Shown: positions 4,257-7,748 of the stretch, piece after piece
How positions within the stretch are numbered: position 1 is the stretch's first letter
How the letters are laid out: each line of letters opens with the position of its first letter
NCBI GenBank assembly: GCA_013306035.1
Contig: JABUBF010000011.1
Location: 30,217-37,964 of the forward strand
Source: Nitrososphaerota archaeon
Lineage (GTDB): Archaea; Thermoproteota; Nitrososphaeria; Nitrososphaerales; UBA57
Reading direction: 5' to 3'
Length of the DNA: 7,748 nucleotides
Translations under genes and position numbers: made by a program
Notes under the pieces: model-generated
Seen by the model: the letters and a program-made list of their open reading frames with translations, nothing else
Database searches by the model: none
What the model was told of the DNA's origin: nothing

Positions 4257-6141
4257 AAATTCTTTTCAAGTATTCAATTCCTAATAAATCAAATAATATT
4301 TCTAATGAATCTTTAAATGAATTAACAAGATAAAGTCTTGCATTCATTATATCTTTGTCTTCTTCGTGCAATACTGGACTCTTTTCATAAAATGAATTGA
4401 ATAAATTGCAAAAATTATACGTGAATTTTGCTATTCTCATTGGCGACATATTTATCACTGATTCTTCAATAATTAGATCAATTTTTGACATATTCTTAAT
4501 CAATTCAATCTCATGCTGTAAGGAAAGATGCCTATGAATATCTTCAATAAATTCTATTTTAGGTTGATTTTTTGCTTTTTCTAATATACTTGTAGCCCTG
4601 GCAAATGTATATAGTAAATATGGACCTGTTTCACCATCTAATCTTAATGAATTTTCTAAATCAAAAATAATAATTTTATTTAAATCATTTTTTAATAATT
4701 CATATCTAAAGGAAGCTACTGAAATGATTTCTGCTGTATTTCTTATCCAATCTTCATTTTTTTCCGAGTTTCTTAATTTAGTTTCTTCATATACTTTGTT
4801 CTTAATTATATTCAATGTATTATCTACATTAATGTACATTCCTTTTCTTCCAGACATCTGAATAATTTTCTTATCTTCTGTTTTTATTCCTAATGTTTTT
4901 GCAGTTCCTTTACTTAATGACACAACTTCATAGCTAAGATGTTCATACGTTCTATCTTTATTCTCATTAAATCTATTCAATATTTCTTTAATAATTTTCT
5001 GCAATCGACTTTGTCTTGCATCAATTAATGTTATTGCTTTTGAATTGTTTGTAAATTTAGTTTTATTATCAGTTTTGTTTAATGTTGAAGATAATAATTT
5101 ATTATTCTGGCTATCAAACACTTTATAATTAAAAATTTCATCAATTATTCCAATTTTCCATGCAGCTAGTACTATATCTTTTGCAATATATGTAGAGGTG
5201 CCATCGCTTCTGATTATTACTTTGTCTGTTTCATTTTTAAATGTAGTTTTAACAATCCATGCTCCATTTAATTCTCCTTCTTTTTCTAATTTGATTATAT
5301 TCTCATCTTTCATTTTTTCAAAAATTTCTTTCCATCCATTAGAGAATATTATATCTGATTCAAATACTAGCAAATCATATTCTGCCCCTAATCTTTTTGC
5401 TGTTTCTAATTGCGCTTTTAATATTTTGTTTGTTATTTCTTTTGCGTATTGTCTTATTTCTGATTTTTTTTCTAATTGTTTTAAAACATACTCTCTTTTT
5501 TCTACTAATTCTTTTCTTGTCTCGTATAGTTCGTTCATCTTCACATATATTTTATCTCCTGCATATTCGTCGAATTTCATATCATCTTCTGGTATTTCAT
5601 TAAATCCTGCATATTTCAAACCTACAATTATATCCGCTACCTGTAATCCTGAGTCATCAATGTAATTCATTACTGTCAAATCATGTCCTGTGAATCTTAG
5701 CATTCTTGCTAACGTGTCTCCTATGAATAAATTTCTTGCATGCCCAATGTGCAATGCTTTGTTTGGATTCACACTTGTATGTTCTAATATTATTTTCTGA
5801 TTCTTTCCTATATTTACTGAATCCTTAAGCTGATCAACATTAGTTTTTAGTGTTTCTTCACACAAGTTCTTATAATTAATTTTAAAATTAATATAACCTG
5901 GTTTTGATACTTCTGCTAATATTGAATCATTGAATTTTAGCTTTTTTTGTATATCTTCTGCTATATTCATTGGATTTTTTTTTATTGGTTTTGATAGAGT
6001 AAACGGTATATTTGTATATAGCTCTCCAAATTCGGGATTTGTATTCTCTTTTATTTGATATTCTATCTTGGGATAATTATTCTCTTGTAAAACTTTGTCT
6101 ACTTCTTCTTTAATTATTGATTTATATTTTTTAAATATCAA
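4255..6141 (-). CDS. argS: Arginyl-tRNA synthetase
   Basis: 628 aa. The class-I HIGH motif sits in HTSVNPNKALHIGHARN. An ArgRS-type degenerate KMSKS region is present (QMSGRKG). The C-terminal anticodon-binding (DALR-type) helical domain includes ETGPYLLYTFARATSIL. Start is TTG at 6141: in-frame TGA lies at 6153-6151 and the next ATG is codon 58. Confidence 0.95.
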   Translation of the reverse strand: MIFKKYKSIIKEEVDKVLQENNYPKIEYQIKENTNPEFGELYTNIPFTLSKPIKKNPMNIAEDIQKKLKFNDSILAEVSKPGYINFKINYKNLCEETLKTNVDQLKDSVNIGKNQKIILEHTSVNPNKALHIGHARNLFIGDTLARMLRFTGHDLTVMNYIDDSGLQVADIIVGLKYAGFNEIPEDDMKFDEYAGDKIYVKMNELYETRKELVEKREYVLKQLEKKSEIRQYAKEITNKILKAQLETAKRLGAEYDLLVFESDIIFSNGWKEIFEKMKDENIIKLEKEGELNGAWIVKTTFKNETDKVIIRSDGTSTYIAKDIVLAAWKIGIIDEIFNYKVFDSQNNKLLSSTLNKTDNKTKFTNNSKAITLIDARQSRLQKIIKEILNRFNENKDRTYEHLSYEVVSLSKGTAKTLGIKTEDKKIIQMSGRKGMYINVDNTLNIIKNKVYEETKLRNSEKNEDWIRNTAEIISVASFRYELLKNDLNKIIIFDLENSLRLDGETGPYLLYTFARATSILEKAKNQPKIEFIEDIHRHLSLQHEIELIKNMSKIDLIIEESVINMSPMRIAKFTYNFCNLFNSFYEKSPVLHEEDKDIMNARLYLVNSFKDSLEILFDLLGIEYLKRI

Positions 6142-6848
6142 TTCCTTGTATCATCTATGTTTTTTTTGAGGAATTTATCTGCTATATGGTCGAATGCCTC
6201 GATTGCACCTTTTGCCATTTCACTATTTGTAATATAATCGGCTCTTTCTTTAACATTGTCTTCTGCATGACCCATTGTTATTGAATATCCACACATGTCA
6301 AACAACGGTATGTCTGTATTACTATCTCCTATCGCAATACAATCTTTAGGATCTATGTTTAATTTATTAATAATATGTTTGAATCCTATTGCTTTATTCA
6401 TTCCTTTTTCAGTTATGTGGTATGAGTATTTACTATCTGTCAAGTCAACTTCAAGATTATTTTTTCTAACAATATCTATAGCTCTGTTTATGTCAAACGT
6501 TCTTTTCAAAACAACTTCGGTCAGTCTTGGTATGGTGAGTAATTCTTCTGTTTCGTCTATTTCATTTTTGATAAGCTCGAATGCTTTTAGTGGAATTGTT
6601 TTTTCAGCTAATTTTGTAACATTTGAAGGAGAATTCTCTATTGCAACTCCACCATTCTCACCTATAACAAACGGCTTTAGTCCTGTGTGTTTTGCTAAGA
6701 AATACATTTCATACGCGGTCCTTCCGCTTACCATGAACACGTCTATTCCCATTCTCTGAATCATTGTTGCCGACCACAGTGCATCAAGATTTATTATGTG
6801 ATTTTTGTCTGTTAACGTTCCATCAAAATCCAGTGCTATGTATTTCAT
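6138..6848 (-). CDS. HAD-superfamily subfamily IIB phosphatase (archaeal phosphoglycolate phosphatase / Cof-like)
   Basis: 236 aa. Motif I is IALDFDGTLTD, motif II is VSGRT, and motifs III/IV are KGMNKA...IAIGDSNTDIPLF. The cap region sits between motifs II and III, as in HAD-IIB. The substrate cannot be assigned from sequence. Confidence 0.85.
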   Translation of the reverse strand: MKYIALDFDGTLTDKNHIINLDALWSATMIQRMGIDVFMVSGRTAYEMYFLAKHTGLKPFVIGENGGVAIENSPSNVTKLAEKTIPLKAFELIKNEIDETEELLTIPRLTEVVLKRTFDINRAIDIVRKNNLEVDLTDSKYSYHITEKGMNKAIGFKHIINKLNIDPKDCIAIGDSNTDIPLFDMCGYSITMGHAEDNVKERADYITNSEMAKGAIEAFDHIADKFLKKNIDDTRN

Positions 6849-6869
6849 AATTATTTTCCCTTTATCTAG

Positions 6870-6877
6870 TTCTTAAA
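6870..6877 (-). promoter_or_regulatory. Weak TATA-like box upstream of the HAD phosphatase gene
   Basis: TTTAAGAA on the minus sense strand, centred about 26 nt upstream of ATG 6848. The 55-nt spacer has no sense-strand oligo-T, so read-through from the upstream gene is equally plausible. Confidence 0.2.
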
Positions 6878-6903
6878 CTTGTTTTATTATTTAGTTTCTC
6901 TTA

Positions 6904-7740
6904 CTATAATATTATTAAGACTACTTTGGAAATTATGTCTTCAAATCTAATTACTCCGTCTACCTCTGTGTTATGTATTCCTTTCATAAGATATCCCTCA
7001 TTTTGAATTTCTATTATTTGATGTAATATCATTTGATCTTTACACCAATCAAATTCACATTCATACGCAATCATGTCCCCTACATTCAGATCATTTCTTG
7101 TGAAGCATGTAGTCTCTATATAATAAGAATTCGACGAAGGCAAAGCAGGTGCCATTGACCATCCTTCACCTCTTCCTAGTCTCAAACATCCAAGTGGTTG
7201 TTGTGAATTGAATACTAATGAATCCTCAGATAAATAACAACCTTCTATACACTTTCCTGAATACTTCAAAATGTTAGATGTTAATGGCGCTACATTTCTA
7301 TGTTTATCCCATAGATCCCATATTTCTTTCAGTTTGTCATATTTTACTGTCAAATTATTTATGTTAACTTGTAATATTGTCTTTTCTAATTCCATCTCAT
7401 TTTTAAGATCCTTTAATTTCTTAATCTCTTCCTTATCTAATTCATCATTAACTTTACGTCTGGTAATTTCATTATCTAATTCATTAATTTGCTTATCCAA
7501 TCTAACTATGTCTTGTTTCTGATTATTGATCTCTACATCGAGCTTGGTCAGATTAAATTCCAGAGTTGCAATGTTATTTTTATTTGATATTTGTTCTTGC
7601 CTGAGGTCTCTTATTTGTTCATCTTTGTATTGAATTGATCCCTGTAATTCGTTGACCTGTGGATTTAGTCCCAAGTACCCAATTCCTATTCCTATACCTA
7701 TGCCTATTACTAAATACAGTAATACTGTGGATTTTATCAT
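6904..7740 (-). CDS. Membrane-anchored coiled-coil protein with a C-terminal divergent S26 (signal-peptidase-like) domain
   Basis: 278 aa with an ATG start. Residues 5-25 are hydrophobic (VLLYLVIGIGIGIGIGYLGL). Residues 35-147 are free of Pro and Gly, charge-rich and heptad-like. Residues about 190-278 align with the window's own signal peptidase: GWSMAPAL/SGSMKPVL, NVGDMIAY/EVGDVIVF, MILHQII/VIVHRVN, KGIHNTEVDG/KGDNNPKVDG. Confidence 0.8.
   Translation of the reverse strand: MIKSTVLLYLVIGIGIGIGIGYLGLNPQVNELQGSIQYKDEQIRDLRQEQISNKNNIATLEFNLTKLDVEINNQKQDIVRLDKQINELDNEITRRKVNDELDKEEIKKLKDLKNEMELEKTILQVNINNLTVKYDKLKEIWDLWDKHRNVAPLTSNILKYSGKCIEGCYLSEDSLVFNSQQPLGCLRLGRGEGWSMAPALPSSNSYYIETTCFTRNDLNVGDMIAYECEFDWCKDQMILHQIIEIQNEGYLMKGIHNTEVDGVIRFEDIISKVVLIIL
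7678..7707 (-). repeat. Imperfect hexanucleotide tandem repeat encoding (Ile-Gly)x5 within the TM anchor
   Basis: Minus-sense codons are ata ggc ata ggt ata gga ata gga att ggg. That is five Ile-Gly units, with four different Gly codons among the five. Confidence 0.8.
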
Positions 7741-7748
7741 ACATTCAA

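Noticed and set aside
5198-5665. 155-aa and 68-aa (5397..5603) plus-strand ORFs antisense to argS
   Set aside because: They are nested within a clear arginyl-tRNA synthetase gene. They are low-complexity and hydrophobic, with shadow composition and no independent signals.
5975-5983. T9 homopolymer (A9 on the argS sense strand, codons KKN), plus a T8 at 6160-6167 in the phosphatase gene. These could be slippage or frameshift sites, or pseudogene indicators.
   Set aside because: Both reading frames run intact through the runs and the conserved motifs continue on either side. Lys/Asn codon runs are normal at this base composition.
6295-6759. 154-aa plus-strand ORF antisense to the HAD phosphatase
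   Set aside because: It is fully contained in a gene with all HAD motifs intact on the opposite strand. The Ser/Phe/Leu-rich product is typical of shadow frames.
7271-7522. 83-aa plus-strand ORF antisense to the coiled-coil region
   Set aside because: It is the complement of a Lys/Glu/Asn/Leu-rich coiled-coil coding region. The product is Ser/Leu/Phe-rich with no start context.
7666-7740. N-terminus of the 278-aa protein as a class III (pilin/archaellin-type) or Sec signal peptide
   Set aside because: There is no short charged leader followed by a Gly/Ala cleavage site ahead of the hydrophobic stretch, as in archaeal type IV pilin-like proteins. There is no obvious AxA-type cleavage site after it either. 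An uncleaved type II anchor is the simpler reading, and it needs a predictor to confirm.
1-7748. Genomic island, mobile element, CRISPR array or defence locus
   Set aside because: There is no integrase, transposase or recombinase-like ORF, no tRNA or direct-repeat boundaries, and no spaced repeat array. Base composition looks uniform, and most genes are housekeeping (tbp, argS, pyrE, signal peptidase).

Overview
This is a very AT-rich window (by eye, well under one-third G+C) with tightly packed, prokaryote-style genes. It is archaeal: it encodes a TATA-box-binding protein and an ER/archaeal-type (Ser/His) signal peptidase. I support eleven protein-coding genes, nine of them on the minus strand. 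From left to right they are: a partial GNAT N-acetyltransferase (missing from the ORF track), a LarA-fold (DUF2088-like) protein, orotate phosphoribosyltransferase, TBP, signal peptidase I, two small uncharacterised proteins, a small basic Cys-free protein, arginyl-tRNA synthetase, a HAD-IIB phosphatase, and a membrane-anchored coiled-coil protein. That last protein ends in a second, divergent S26-peptidase-like domain. I see no rRNA, tRNA, CRISPR array, integrase/transposase or GC-rich structured-RNA island, so this looks like core chromosome rather than an island. The lineage cannot be fixed from the sequence alone. An AT-rich free-living archaeon, possibly Nitrosopumilales-like, is a low-confidence guess. 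The items most worth a second look are: (1) the stalked S26-like protein at 6904..7740; (2) the Cys-free DUF5679-like small basic protein at 3970..4167 and the perfect palindrome in its long upstream spacer; (3) the LarA-fold protein that seems to lack the nickel-pincer cofactor residues. All family assignments come from motif recognition by eye and from remembered family consensus sequences. No searches were run.
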